Shown here in pieces: positions 15,187-23,767 of a DNA stretch of 32,000 nucleotides. Both the position numbers and the translations under genes were made by a program. The stretch is from Candidatus Electronema halotolerans. Its GTDB lineage: Bacteria; Desulfobacterota; Desulfobulbia; Desulfobulbales; Desulfobulbaceae. Numbering within the stretch: the stretch's first letter is position 1; every line of letters begins with the position of its first letter. The stretch is from NCBI GenBank assembly GCA_942493095.1, contig OW818675.1:870001-902000 (forward strand). The letters run 5' to 3'. The notes beneath the pieces were generated by a model. It was given only the letters and a program-made list of their open reading frames with translations, was not told where the DNA came from and did not search any database.

Positions 15187-17178
15187 TCAATGCTTGCCGC
15201 CGCCGCAGCCCATGCCGCCAATGCCCTTGCCCGCCTCGATTTCACGGCGCATGGCCATATCCATCAGCACGCGCTCTTTCTTCTTGTTGATGCCGAGAGC
15301 CTCGCGCTTCTCCTCAATGGCATCAATCATGGCTTTGGCAATGGCTTCTGGCTCTTCAGCCACGCCCCAGCAGGCCCCGTACTCCTCTTTCAATCCTTTG
15401 AGGATGAAGTCAGAAAACTTCTTGGCCCCGCTGATCGGCAGATTCTGGAAGATGACATGCGCGCCGCTGGTGACAAAATACTGGCCAATAGCCACCGCCT
15501 TTTCGCTCATCCAGAGCGGAGCCGAGCCAACCGCAGGCAGCTCGGAAATGTCATCACCAAGGCCGCCTTCATGCACCATTTCAGTCAGGGCGATGAGCAG
15601 ACGGGAGTTATCGACACAGGAGCCGACATGCAGAACTGGCGGCATGCCCACGGTCTCGCAGACCTCGCGCAGGGTCTCGCCAGCGTATTCAGTGGCTGCC
15701 TCCGGGCGCATCAGACCACGACGGCCAAGTGCTTGGGCCGCGCAGCCGGTGGCCAGGACCAGGACGTTGTTCTTGATCAGCTCAACCGCAATCTTGAAAT
15801 GCACATCATCTGAATGCTTATAGTGCTCGCAGCCGACCAGCGCAGCCACGCCCCGGATGCGGCCATTGATGATGTTGTCGTTGAGCGGACGGTAGGACTG
15901 CCGGAAACGGCCACCGAGCATGTAGTTGATGGTCTCGTGCGAGAAGCCGACCACCACGTCAAACTTCTTGTCCTTGGGAATGTAATACGGCCCGCGCTTC
16001 TTGAAATTGCCGATGGCGTGGGTGAGAATCTTCTTGGCCGAGGCATAGGCATCATGCTCGTCAAACTGGATGTGAATGGCATCCGGCATCATGGCCCGGT
16101 AGTTGGTGGTGATGATGTCAGTGTGCTTTTCCTTGGCCACTTGCCCCACAGACTGCATCACGCACTGGACATCAACCACCATTGCCTCGACCGCGCCGGT
16201 TGCCAGCACCATCTCCTGCTGAATGAAAGAACCTGCCACCGGAATGCCCCGGCGCATCAGAATCTCGTTGCCAGTGCAGCAGACACCAGCCAAGTTGATG
16301 CCTACGGCCCCGGCCTTCTTGGCCAAAGCCAGCAGCTCCTCATCCTCAGCAGCCAGACAGAGCGACTCAGCCAAGAGCGGTTCATGGCCATGCACAGTGA
16401 CATTGACCATGTCCTCGCGCAGCACGCCAAGGTCAATCAGCGCCCGCTTGGGCACTGGTGTGCCGAACATGATGTCGGTCAGCTCGGTGGAGAGCATGGA
16501 CGAACCCCAGCCGTCTGCCAAGGAGCAGCGGGCGGCCTGACGCATGATGTTGTGGTATTCCTGATCCACGCCAATATGGGTGCGGTGCATAACCTCAACC
16601 ACTTCGCGGTCAACACCACGCGGCTCCACGCCTTTTTCCTTCCAGATGGCCTGCTGCTTCTTGGGAGCGCGCTTGAGCATGGTCAGGGTGCCGTCCTGCT
16701 GGCCGAACTCGGCCAAGGCGCGCTCGCCCAGCTCAAGAGCGATTTCGTTTTTGTCCCGACCCTCGGTCTCAATGCCGAAAAGCGCGGCCATCTTGTGCAG
16801 CTTGGCCACATCTTTGATCTCGTGCGGGGTCTCGCCCTTGGCTGTGGCAATGAAGCCGCGCACCATCTCGCGGGCATGGTCTGTATGGGCTGCTGCGCCT
16901 GCGGCCACAGCGCGGGCAAAGTTGCGGGCTGCGACGGTGTCAGCAGTGGCCCCGCAGATGCCGACCATGCTTTCCACGCCATCAATGATCTGGCACGGCC
17001 CCATGTTGCAGTTCTTGCAGCAGGTGCCCTGCGAGCCAAAGAGGCAGGCGGACATGCCCCGCTCTTCCAAGCGGGTGTAGGCGGTGCGGACTTTCTTGGC
17101 TAAATCCTGACTGAGCAGCTCGCGGGTGGAGCTGCTGGTGATCTCGTTGCTGCTGGCAATGCGGCTGGGCTTGGCCAT
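15187..17178 (-). CDS. cooS: Ni-dependent carbon monoxide dehydrogenase catalytic subunit (CooS/AcsA)
   Basis: The 663-aa product has an N-terminal Cys cluster, CLFGSQGTCCKNCNMGPCQI, and conserved blocks (VTVHGHEP, GVCCTGNE, HVGSCVDNSR). A GGAGAGGAG RBS lies upstream of ATG 17178. Confidence 0.95.
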   Translation of the reverse strand: MAKPSRIASSNEITSSSTRELLSQDLAKKVRTAYTRLEERGMSACLFGSQGTCCKNCNMGPCQIIDGVESMVGICGATADTVAARNFARAVAAGAAAHTDHAREMVRGFIATAKGETPHEIKDVAKLHKMAALFGIETEGRDKNEIALELGERALAEFGQQDGTLTMLKRAPKKQQAIWKEKGVEPRGVDREVVEVMHRTHIGVDQEYHNIMRQAARCSLADGWGSSMLSTELTDIMFGTPVPKRALIDLGVLREDMVNVTVHGHEPLLAESLCLAAEDEELLALAKKAGAVGINLAGVCCTGNEILMRRGIPVAGSFIQQEMVLATGAVEAMVVDVQCVMQSVGQVAKEKHTDIITTNYRAMMPDAIHIQFDEHDAYASAKKILTHAIGNFKKRGPYYIPKDKKFDVVVGFSHETINYMLGGRFRQSYRPLNDNIINGRIRGVAALVGCEHYKHSDDVHFKIAVELIKNNVLVLATGCAAQALGRRGLMRPEAATEYAGETLREVCETVGMPPVLHVGSCVDNSRLLIALTEMVHEGGLGDDISELPAVGSAPLWMSEKAVAIGQYFVTSGAHVIFQNLPISGAKKFSDFILKGLKEEYGACWGVAEEPEAIAKAMIDAIEEKREALGINKKKERVLMDMAMRREIEAGKGIGGMGCGGGKH

Positions 17179-17220
17179 AATTCAAACTCTCCTCTCCTGA
17201 GTGAAAATGTTGCGAAAAAC

Positions 17221-18108
17221 TTAGGCCAGCCCGGCAAACTGCTTTGCCGACTGCACCGTATTCTTCATCAGCATGGTGATGGTCATTGGCCCAACTCCAC
17301 CCGGCACCGGGGTGATCGCGGCAGCCTTCTCTTTGACCGAGGCAAATTCCACGTCACCGGCCAATTTGGCTTTGCCGGATTCCGTCACGCCAATCCGGTT
17401 GACCCCGACATCAATCACCACCACGCCCTCTTTGACCTGATCCGCCTTGATCATGTTGGCGACACCAGCGGCCACGATGAGAATGTCAGCCCGCTTGGTG
17501 TGAAAATCCGTGTCCTTGGTCCGGGTGTGGCAGAGGGTGACAGTGGCATTGCCTGCATCCCGCTTCTGAAGCATCAGGTTAGCGACCGGCTTGCCGACAA
17601 TGTTGGAGCGGCCCACGACCACCACCTCAGCCCCGGAGGTTTCCACGCCGCTGCGCTTGAGCAGCTCCAGCACGCCATGCGGCGTGCAGGGCAGGAAGCA
17701 TTTCTCACCCAGCACCATCCGGCCCACGTTCATCGGATGAAAGCCATCCACGTCCTTGTCCGGGTTGATGGCGTTCAAAACTTTGGCCTCATCAATTTGT
17801 TTGGGCAGCGGGAGCTGAACCAGAATGCCGTGAATTTTCGGATCGTTGTTATGTTTTTCCACCAGAGCCAGTAGATCAGCCTCAGCAGTGTCCGCAGGCA
17901 GTGTGACCTGCTCGGAATGAATGCCCAAGGCATGGGCGGTCTTGTTTTTGGCAGCCACATAGGACTGGGAGGCGGGATCCTCGCCCACCAGAATGGTGAC
18001 CAAGCCGGGCACGACATTGTGCTTTGCCGCCAGCTCGGCAACCTCAGCCTTCAGCTCCTCGCGGATTTCTTTTGCAACTTCAGTGCCGCTGATAATTTTT
18101 GCGCTCAT
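17221..18108 (-). CDS. folD: Bifunctional methylene-THF dehydrogenase / methenyl-THF cyclohydrolase
   Basis: The product MSAKIISGTEVAKEIREELK...PGLVTILVGEDPASQSYV...GILVQLPLP...VVVVGRSNIVGKP...PVPGGVGPMTI is typical FolD. I chose ATG 18108 (295 aa). The track's 18225 start adds 39 non-FolD residues. Confidence 0.9.
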   Translation of the reverse strand: MSAKIISGTEVAKEIREELKAEVAELAAKHNVVPGLVTILVGEDPASQSYVAAKNKTAHALGIHSEQVTLPADTAEADLLALVEKHNNDPKIHGILVQLPLPKQIDEAKVLNAINPDKDVDGFHPMNVGRMVLGEKCFLPCTPHGVLELLKRSGVETSGAEVVVVGRSNIVGKPVANLMLQKRDAGNATVTLCHTRTKDTDFHTKRADILIVAAGVANMIKADQVKEGVVVIDVGVNRIGVTESGKAKLAGDVEFASVKEKAAAITPVPGGVGPMTITMLMKNTVQSAKQFAGLA

Positions 18109-18426
18109 GACTGCTCCTGAAAAAAATATATATTCAGCCGGTCCCGCAGCCTGCTCATGCAAAGCAGACCGGCAGACTGCAGGGGCCGCCGGCTGGATGG
18201 AATCATGTCTCTGACTGACGAACAAGAATGGTATGATAACAGGTTATGCCTATTTTTTTCAACCTAAATCCTTGCCGCGACCCGCGTCAGCGGCGTTTTC
18301 TTCATTTTTGTGATGATCATGATGGGAAGCGTTTGAGAAAACGCTCGCAAGCGGTGCAGACGGCAGATTGCGGCAAAAGACCGCAATCCCGAAATGTTGG
18401 CTGGACCTGCCGGGTGAAATGAGCTG

Positions 18427-19242
18427 TCAGGAAGAATGCTGCCGGGCAATATGACTGAACATCTGCACCAGGCCGAGACTGAGGGAAAAGCCCATCTGCG
18501 GCGGGAGATTGGTGCCGCAGCAGGCGTCAAAGAGGATGGTCAGCGAGGAATCCAAGCCGTCTTCCGCAGCCTGCCAGCATAAGAGCAGGGGGAAGTGCGG
18601 CAGCGGATGGAGAACCAAGGCCAAATCCGCGTCAAAGCCGGAAACTGGCTCGCCCATGAACAGGTCGGCCAAGTCTTGCAGCAGGCCGGGATGCTGATCG
18701 GCCAAGTCTTGCAGCAGGTTTTCGCAGCGGCTGGCAAAAAGATTCCGCCGCTCCATGCCGCCTGGCAGATCGCGGAAATTGAGCCAGCGGCCTGTGACCG
18801 CCTGATGCTGGGGATTGGCGATATAGGCAAGCAAAGGAGCCTTGACCCAAGGAATGAGATGGCATTCGGAATGCACTTGTCCCTGCTGGTCAACAGCAAA
18901 TTCCTTGCCCAGCAGCTTGAGCGCCAGTCTGCCGCCTGCGGCATCTTCTCTGAACACGCCGCCAAGACGCGGAGCAAGTTCAGGCAAGTTCAGCCCGGAG
19001 ATTTTTTGCTCCAGCCCGCTCAGGTCCTTGACAAACTGGTACAGTTCCTGACCTGCGCCGCCTTTGGCACTGGCGGCAAGACGCGCCCTGCTCGGCTCAT
19101 CCAGCAGCGGGCAGTCAGCCAGTATTTTCTGGCCAGCACTCACGGCTGCGGCAAAGGCGAGACAGGAAGGTAGCTGGCAGCGACCGCAGTTGCTCTTTGC
19201 CAGTGCCTTGTAAATGTCCAAGGGTTTAAGAATGCCAGACAT
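18427..19242 (-). CDS. Fe-S-binding protein with AcsC-like N-terminal Cys motif and DUF3786-like C-terminal region
   Basis: The N-terminus LAKSNCGRCQLPSCLAFAAAVSAGQKILADCP closely parallels the AcsC N-terminus (KSNCGKCGIPTCLAFAMKVAAGQAEIAACP). I chose ATG 19242 (MSGILKPLDIYK...). The DUF3786 assignment is from memory of acs-cluster neighbours and is not verified. Confidence 0.65.
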   Translation of the reverse strand: MSGILKPLDIYKALAKSNCGRCQLPSCLAFAAAVSAGQKILADCPLLDEPSRARLAASAKGGAGQELYQFVKDLSGLEQKISGLNLPELAPRLGGVFREDAAGGRLALKLLGKEFAVDQQGQVHSECHLIPWVKAPLLAYIANPQHQAVTGRWLNFRDLPGGMERRNLFASRCENLLQDLADQHPGLLQDLADLFMGEPVSGFDADLALVLHPLPHFPLLLCWQAAEDGLDSSLTILFDACCGTNLPPQMGFSLSLGLVQMFSHIARQHSS

Positions 19243-19304
19243 GCAGAAATGGTGAGAGAAAGGAAGGCGGAGCCGCACAGGATGCAGTGCGGCTCCGGTG
19301 GCTG

Positions 19305-19490
19305 TCAGACATCGTTGACAGTGATGGCATCCTCTGGGCAGACCTCAACACAGGTCTCGCAGCCCAAACATTCGTCGATGTTCACCGGCTCAGATTTTCC
19401 GTCAACCAGCGCCAGCACACCTGCTGGACAATTGCCGACGCATTCCTCGCAGCCAGTGCATTTCTCCTTATCTACAGTCACTTCCCACAT
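19305..19490 (-). CDS. 2x[4Fe-4S] ferredoxin, copy 3 (61 aa)
   Basis: It has two CxxCxxCxxxCP motifs (CTGCEECVGNCP, CLGCETCVEVCP) and its own GGAG RBS. Confidence 0.9.
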   Translation of the reverse strand: MWEVTVDKEKCTGCEECVGNCPAGVLALVDGKSEPVNIDECLGCETCVEVCPEDAITVNDV

Positions 19491-19538
19491 TTTTTACTCC
19501 TTGGAGAGTGGTGGGGTCAAAAAAGTTGCCGCAGCCTG

Positions 19539-19724
19539 TCATTCTTCTGCAACAGTGATGGCATCCTCCGGGCAGACCTCAACACAGGTCTCGCAGCCCA
19601 GACAGTCATTGATGTTCACCGGCTCAGATTTTCCGTCAACCAGCTCCAGCACACCTGCCGGGCAATTGCCGACGCATTCCTCGCAGCCAGTGCATTTCTC
19701 TTTATCTACAGTTACTTCCCACAT
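19539..19724 (-). CDS. 2x[4Fe-4S] ferredoxin, copy 2 (61 aa)
   Basis: It has the same two Cys motifs and its own GGAG RBS. It differs from copy 1 at 4 of 61 residues. Confidence 0.9.
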   Translation of the reverse strand: MWEVTVDKEKCTGCEECVGNCPAGVLELVDGKSEPVNINDCLGCETCVEVCPEDAITVAEE

Positions 19725-19759
19725 ATCCGCGCTCCTATGAGAGTTGGTTTGAAAAAAGC

Positions 19760-19945
19760 TTAATTCTCGGCAACAGTGATGGCATCCTCCGGGCAGACCT
19801 CAACGCAGGTCTCGCAGCCCAGACATTCGTCGATGTTCACCGGCTCAGATTTTCCGTCAACCAGCTCCAGAACACCTGCCGGGCAATTGTTGACGCATTC
19901 CTCACAGCCAGTGCATTTCTCCTTATCTACAGTCACTTCCCACAT
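19760..19945 (-). CDS. 2x[4Fe-4S] ferredoxin, copy 1 (61 aa)
   Basis: It has the same two Cys motifs and a GGAAGGAG RBS upstream of ATG 19945. Confidence 0.9.
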   Translation of the reverse strand: MWEVTVDKEKCTGCEECVNNCPAGVLELVDGKSEPVNIDECLGCETCVEVCPEDAITVAEN

Positions 19946-20356
19946 TTTGTCTTCTCCTTCCGGGTGGCGGGTTTTCTAACCCATTTGTACAGAAATAACA
20001 ATGGCTGATGCGTGCTGCTCATCAACCGGCATGATCAAAACGGCTTGCTGCGGCCCTTGCCGGACAAATTTTTTTCCGATTCGTGCAGCTATTTGAATCA
20101 TAAGGAAAAAATATAATACACCCTGATCAGGCAATTTCTTTGTCAGCAGCGGCAAAATTACCTATAATTAAAACGCTGTCAATCTTTTTTTGCAGTTTTT
20201 TTTTCACAATTTTGGCAAAAAAAACACCGGCTGTCTATCTTGCTGTAATGAAGGTTTTTTATCCGAACCAAATTCCCTTCCAATTCTCCCCTGCTGTTTC
20301 ACCGCCAAGCCGCCTGCTGCGCCCGATGAAAAAACAATGCCGATGAAAAAATCGAC

Positions 20357-20385
20357 TTGACTGAAGTTGAAAAGTATCATATTTT
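20357..20385 (+). promoter_or_regulatory. Candidate sigma70-type promoter for the porin-like gene
   Basis: TTGACT (20357-20362), a 17-nt spacer, then TATTTT (20380-20385). An AAAGGAGA RBS precedes ATG 20448. This is pattern match only. Confidence 0.25.
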
Positions 20386-20447
20386 GTATTCATGGTACGG
20401 AAATTTTGCTTGGGGCTGACCTGAAAACAGTGAAAAGGAGATGAACA

Positions 20448-21695
20448 ATGAAGAAAGTGCTTGTTGCCGGTGCTGCTCTGATGCTGGCCGGTGCCACTGC
20501 GGCGGATGCGGGCGTGAACCTGAGTGGCGATGCCCGCGCCACCTATGTGGGCAAACAGGATTACCAGCGCAATATCGATCAAGACAGTGCGGACGGTTAT
20601 CACGATTATATTGAATCGCGCATTGGTCTGAATATTGACGGCAAGACCTCGAAAGAAGGCATGTTTGTCAAGGCCCGCGTCTATTTTGACGGCTATGGGT
20701 TTGAGGATGACGCGCCGTGGAATGGCACGGAGAATCAGCAGGTCACAGTTGACTACGCCTACATGCAGATTCCTCTGGGGCCGAACTGGGCGATCAAGGC
20801 GGGTCGGGTCAACCCTGACTTCTCCAAGTTCTATTCGTGGAACATTCGTCCCACCCGCGTCTATGCCATGTACCAGAACGGCAACTTTGCCTTCAAGCCG
20901 TTTCTCGGTGTGAAGCAGGAGGAGACGAGCACTGATACAGACAACTGGGATGACAACGACTTCATGGAATACGGTTTTGTCGCCTCTCTCAAGCTGCTGA
21001 CCGGCTGGACAGTGAAAGCTTATGGCCGCTATGATGACGACCAGCGGGAGTGGGATAAATCTGCGGATGAGGTATACAGGGTTACAGGAGACGTTGCCTC
21101 TGGTTTTAAGGTTACTGAGTCGTATCCAACGACATCTCACAAGGACAAGTCCGGCTTCACCGGTGATCTGGTCCTCACCAATGACGGCGCAGCCTGTCCC
21201 ATCGGCTTCACTGCCGAGCTGGCCTACAAGGCCGCTGACCTGCAAGGCACGGAAGATGACGGCATCGGCTCTTATGTCATGCTGTCCAAGAGAATGACCG
21301 ACAGATTCACCCCGGCAATTCTGGCAGGCATGACCAAAGACGGCTACGTGGCTGACAACGACTTTGGTTTTGTCATGGTCGGCGGCGACACCTCTTCACA
21401 GGTGATGCGCGTTGGTGACGGCGGCGACCTGCTCTTTGGTGCCTTTGTTGCCAACTACGCAGCCAGCGAGCGTCTCACTCTGACCGGCAACCTGCTCTAC
21501 GCTGATTTTGACAACGACGAGGCAGGTGCCTTCGACAACGCTATTGAGGTCTCAGGTGTTGCCTCTTATGCGCTCTCTGACTCAGCCAGCCTGACCTACA
21601 AAGCTGGTTATTTGGCCCCCAGCGTCATCGATGGCGGCGGTGTTGCGGAAGATGCCTATTTTGGCCATCTGCTGCGTCTGAATCTTGCCTTCTAA
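20448..21695 (+). CDS. Outer-membrane beta-barrel (porin-like) protein
   Basis: The signal peptide is MKKVLVAGAALMLAGATAADA. The sequence has an alternating hydrophobic/polar, Gly/Asp/Tyr-rich pattern and ends in Phe (LRLNLAF), typical of OMP barrels. The family was not identified. Confidence 0.7.
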   Translation: MKKVLVAGAALMLAGATAADAGVNLSGDARATYVGKQDYQRNIDQDSADGYHDYIESRIGLNIDGKTSKEGMFVKARVYFDGYGFEDDAPWNGTENQQVTVDYAYMQIPLGPNWAIKAGRVNPDFSKFYSWNIRPTRVYAMYQNGNFAFKPFLGVKQEETSTDTDNWDDNDFMEYGFVASLKLLTGWTVKAYGRYDDDQREWDKSADEVYRVTGDVASGFKVTESYPTTSHKDKSGFTGDLVLTNDGAACPIGFTAELAYKAADLQGTEDDGIGSYVMLSKRMTDRFTPAILAGMTKDGYVADNDFGFVMVGGDTSSQVMRVGDGGDLLFGAFVANYAASERLTLTGNLLYADFDNDEAGAFDNAIEVSGVASYALSDSASLTYKAGYLAPSVIDGGGVAEDAYFGHLLRLNLAF

Positions 21696-21724
21696 GGCAA
21701 GCAGTCCTGAACAGACAGAAGAAG

Positions 21725-21754
21725 AAACGGAGCTATTTAGCTCCGTTTTTTTTT
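21725..21754 (+). terminator. Rho-independent terminator (possibly bidirectional)
   Basis: There is a perfect 10-bp stem, aaacggagct (21725-21734) with agctccgttt (21739-21748), a 4-nt loop, then a T-run to 21754. It lies between convergent genes. Confidence 0.75.
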
Positions 21755-21763
21755 GCGCAGCCT

Positions 21764-22330
21764 TTACTGGATTGCGTTGCAGGAGATGGATTGCAGCAGT
21801 TCCTCCACTTCCGCCTCAGTATCCAGCCGCCGCAGCAGCTCCGGCGGCAGCTCATCAGGCTGGGCAAAGCTCTCCCGCTGGCGGACAAAAATCTCCCAGC
21901 GGCCATCCGAAACCGCGTTCGGGTCTTTGGCCCGCAGTTCAAGACGGCGTTTAGTCTCCTCTTCTGAGCAGGAACAGAGAACAAAGAGCGGCCTTGCACC
22001 CAATCGCTCCGCCAAATGCCTCACCTCACTGCGGCCAGCAGTGACGCTGTAGGAACCATCCAAGATCACCCCTGACGCACCCTGTTGCAAAGCCTTTTCA
22101 GCCCGGTCCAGCAGGGCCTGATAGGTCTTTGCGGTCAGCTCCGGGCTGTAAATGCCCTCACCCATTCCTGCCGGACGGCGGTCAGTGGCGGCAATGCCTG
22201 CCAGCTCCTTGCGCACCCGGTCGGAATTGAAATAGGGCAGATCGCGCTCAACGGCAAAACGTTCGGCCAAGAAGGATTTGCCAGAAGCAATCAGACCGAA
22301 AAAAATATAGATTATCGGTTCAGCCGACAT
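21764..22330 (-). CDS. P-loop kinase-like ATPase (AAA_33-type)
   Basis: Walker A is FFGLIASGKSFLAERF in a 188-aa product. Its start overlaps the stop of the upstream phosphotransferase gene by 11 nt. Confidence 0.7.
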   Translation of the reverse strand: MSAEPIIYIFFGLIASGKSFLAERFAVERDLPYFNSDRVRKELAGIAATDRRPAGMGEGIYSPELTAKTYQALLDRAEKALQQGASGVILDGSYSVTAGRSEVRHLAERLGARPLFVLCSCSEEETKRRLELRAKDPNAVSDGRWEIFVRQRESFAQPDELPPELLRRLDTEAEVEELLQSISCNAIQ

Positions 22331-23330
22331 ACGTCTCTGCTAAAGCAAAATATTTGGCTGCCGCTTCAGTGCAGCTTGTCCGCACCGCCTCATCAACTGC
22401 TGGATCGCCTGCGGTGAACAGGCCGATCTTGCCGCGCACATAAGCCCGGTAGCACTTGTAGAAATTGAGCATCTCCTTCAGGCCGCTGTCGTCGGCAAGC
22501 TGGCTGAAGCGGTCCATGCAGTATTCGGACAGCTCGCGCAGGCCGTGGAAATCCAAGTCCATAGCAAGAAAGGCCACATCGCTGGCCACATCGCAGCAGC
22601 GGAACCGCTGGTTGAACTCAATGCAGTCAAAGATATACACCTTGTCGCCAAAGCAGATGTTGGCGGAATACAAATCGCCGTGGCAGTCGCGGATGCGGCC
22701 TTCGGAAATGCGCTGCTGGAAGCGTTCCTCTTGGGCAAGAAAATCTTTTGACCACGCTGAGATGCGGTCAAACTGCTCCTGGCTCAACGCGCCTTGACCG
22801 ATGAAGCCTTCAGTCTGGGCAAAGTTCTCCAGAATGTTGATTGCCACCTTATCAGCCTGACCAAAGCTGTCAATTTCCGCGTTGCGCTCGGCCTGCTGAT
22901 AAAAGGGAATCAGCCGCTCAACAATCGCATCAATCTGCTCGCGGCCCAGTTTGCCCGCCTTGATCAGATTGCCCATCATGCCTTCCTCCGGCATCCGAGC
23001 CATTTTCACGCCGTACTCAACGACCTCGCCGCTGCCGTTCAGGGCAAAGCCGTCGCCCTCCTTGTTCAGCGTGATCACCTCCAGATAAATCTCCGGGCAG
23101 AGGCGGCGGTTGAGCAGCAGCTCCTGTTCGCAGCAGTGCTGCCGCTTGTCTAAGGTGGAGAAGTCGAGAAAGCCGAAATTAACCGGCTTCTTAAATTTAT
23201 AGACAAAATCGCCCGCAATGAGGACAAAGGAAATATGAGTCTGTACGAGCTGCACATCCGCAGCGGCATGAGAATAGATTTCCGGGCGCAGCAGTGCTTG
23301 GATGAAGCTGGGCAGATTGCTGTCAGTCAT
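22320..23330 (-). CDS. Aminoglycoside-phosphotransferase-fold (APH/choline-kinase-like) protein kinase-like enzyme
   Basis: The catalytic loop is CHGDLYSANI (HxDxxxxN), followed by IFDCIEF. I chose ATG 23330 (MTDSNLPSF...), which has GGAG 6 nt upstream. Such genes are often found paired or fused with a P-loop ATPase; that point is from memory. Confidence 0.7.
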   Translation of the reverse strand: MTDSNLPSFIQALLRPEIYSHAAADVQLVQTHISFVLIAGDFVYKFKKPVNFGFLDFSTLDKRQHCCEQELLLNRRLCPEIYLEVITLNKEGDGFALNGSGEVVEYGVKMARMPEEGMMGNLIKAGKLGREQIDAIVERLIPFYQQAERNAEIDSFGQADKVAINILENFAQTEGFIGQGALSQEQFDRISAWSKDFLAQEERFQQRISEGRIRDCHGDLYSANICFGDKVYIFDCIEFNQRFRCCDVASDVAFLAMDLDFHGLRELSEYCMDRFSQLADDSGLKEMLNFYKCYRAYVRGKIGLFTAGDPAVDEAVRTSCTEAAAKYFALAETYVG

Positions 23331-23517
23331 GAATTGCTCCTTGTGGTTGTGCTCCGGCCTATACAGGCAGGGCCGGAATTGCATTGTTGCTGGGGCATCG
23401 TGCGCTTTCCGCTCCTGCTCCCAGCTTGCTTGGTCAGGCCAAGATACGGCCCAGCCTGTGTTTTGTCAATAAAATAACCCAACTTGACAGCTATTGCGCA
23501 ACAAAATCAGATGGTAG

Positions 23518-23603
23518 GCTGAATCAGTTGATTGCTGATCAGATGCTGTCTGAATAGCACCAGTTCTCCAAAGTGAGGACAATAAAAAATTAACTGATTC
23601 AGC
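23518..23603. promoter_or_regulatory. Inverted-repeat / palindrome set (CTGA-N-TCAG family) upstream of protease gene 1
   Basis: gctgaatcagtt (23518-23529) is the exact reverse complement of aactgattcagc (23592-23603). The palindrome ctgatcag (23535-23542) and the half-related ctgaatagc (23550-23558) lie between them. The function is unknown. Confidence 0.35.
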
Positions 23604-23767
23604 TATCCAATCTTTTCTCTCTCTGGCTGTTTCTTTTATTTGAGGGCAACGAACGGATACATCTGGAGGAGTGGCAAGGTTCAGTTTGAGACATGAAAAA
23701 CGATTATTTTTCACTTGCTTTTTTTGCTAAAAGAAGGATAATGGGTCGGATAACTATTTGGAGTTAG

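Noticed and set aside
18226-18426. Two small hairpins in the spacer between the Fe-S/DUF3786-like gene and folD, read on the minus strand: gattgcgg...ccgcaatc and agcgttt...aaacgct. They might be terminators or a riboswitch.
   Set aside because: Neither has a U-tract and I recognise no riboswitch consensus. The evidence is insufficient.
19305-19945. Three regularly spaced ~186-nt near-identical repeats, which could be mistaken for a repeat array or CRISPR-like structure.
   Set aside because: Each unit is a complete ferredoxin ORF with its own RBS and intact Cys motifs. The units are far longer than CRISPR repeats and the 'spacers' are only 35-48 nt.
23466-23714. An 82-aa minus-strand ORF in the AT-rich leader upstream of protease gene 1.
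   Set aside because: It has no RBS, an odd composition, and overlaps the palindrome set. It is more likely non-coding regulatory DNA.
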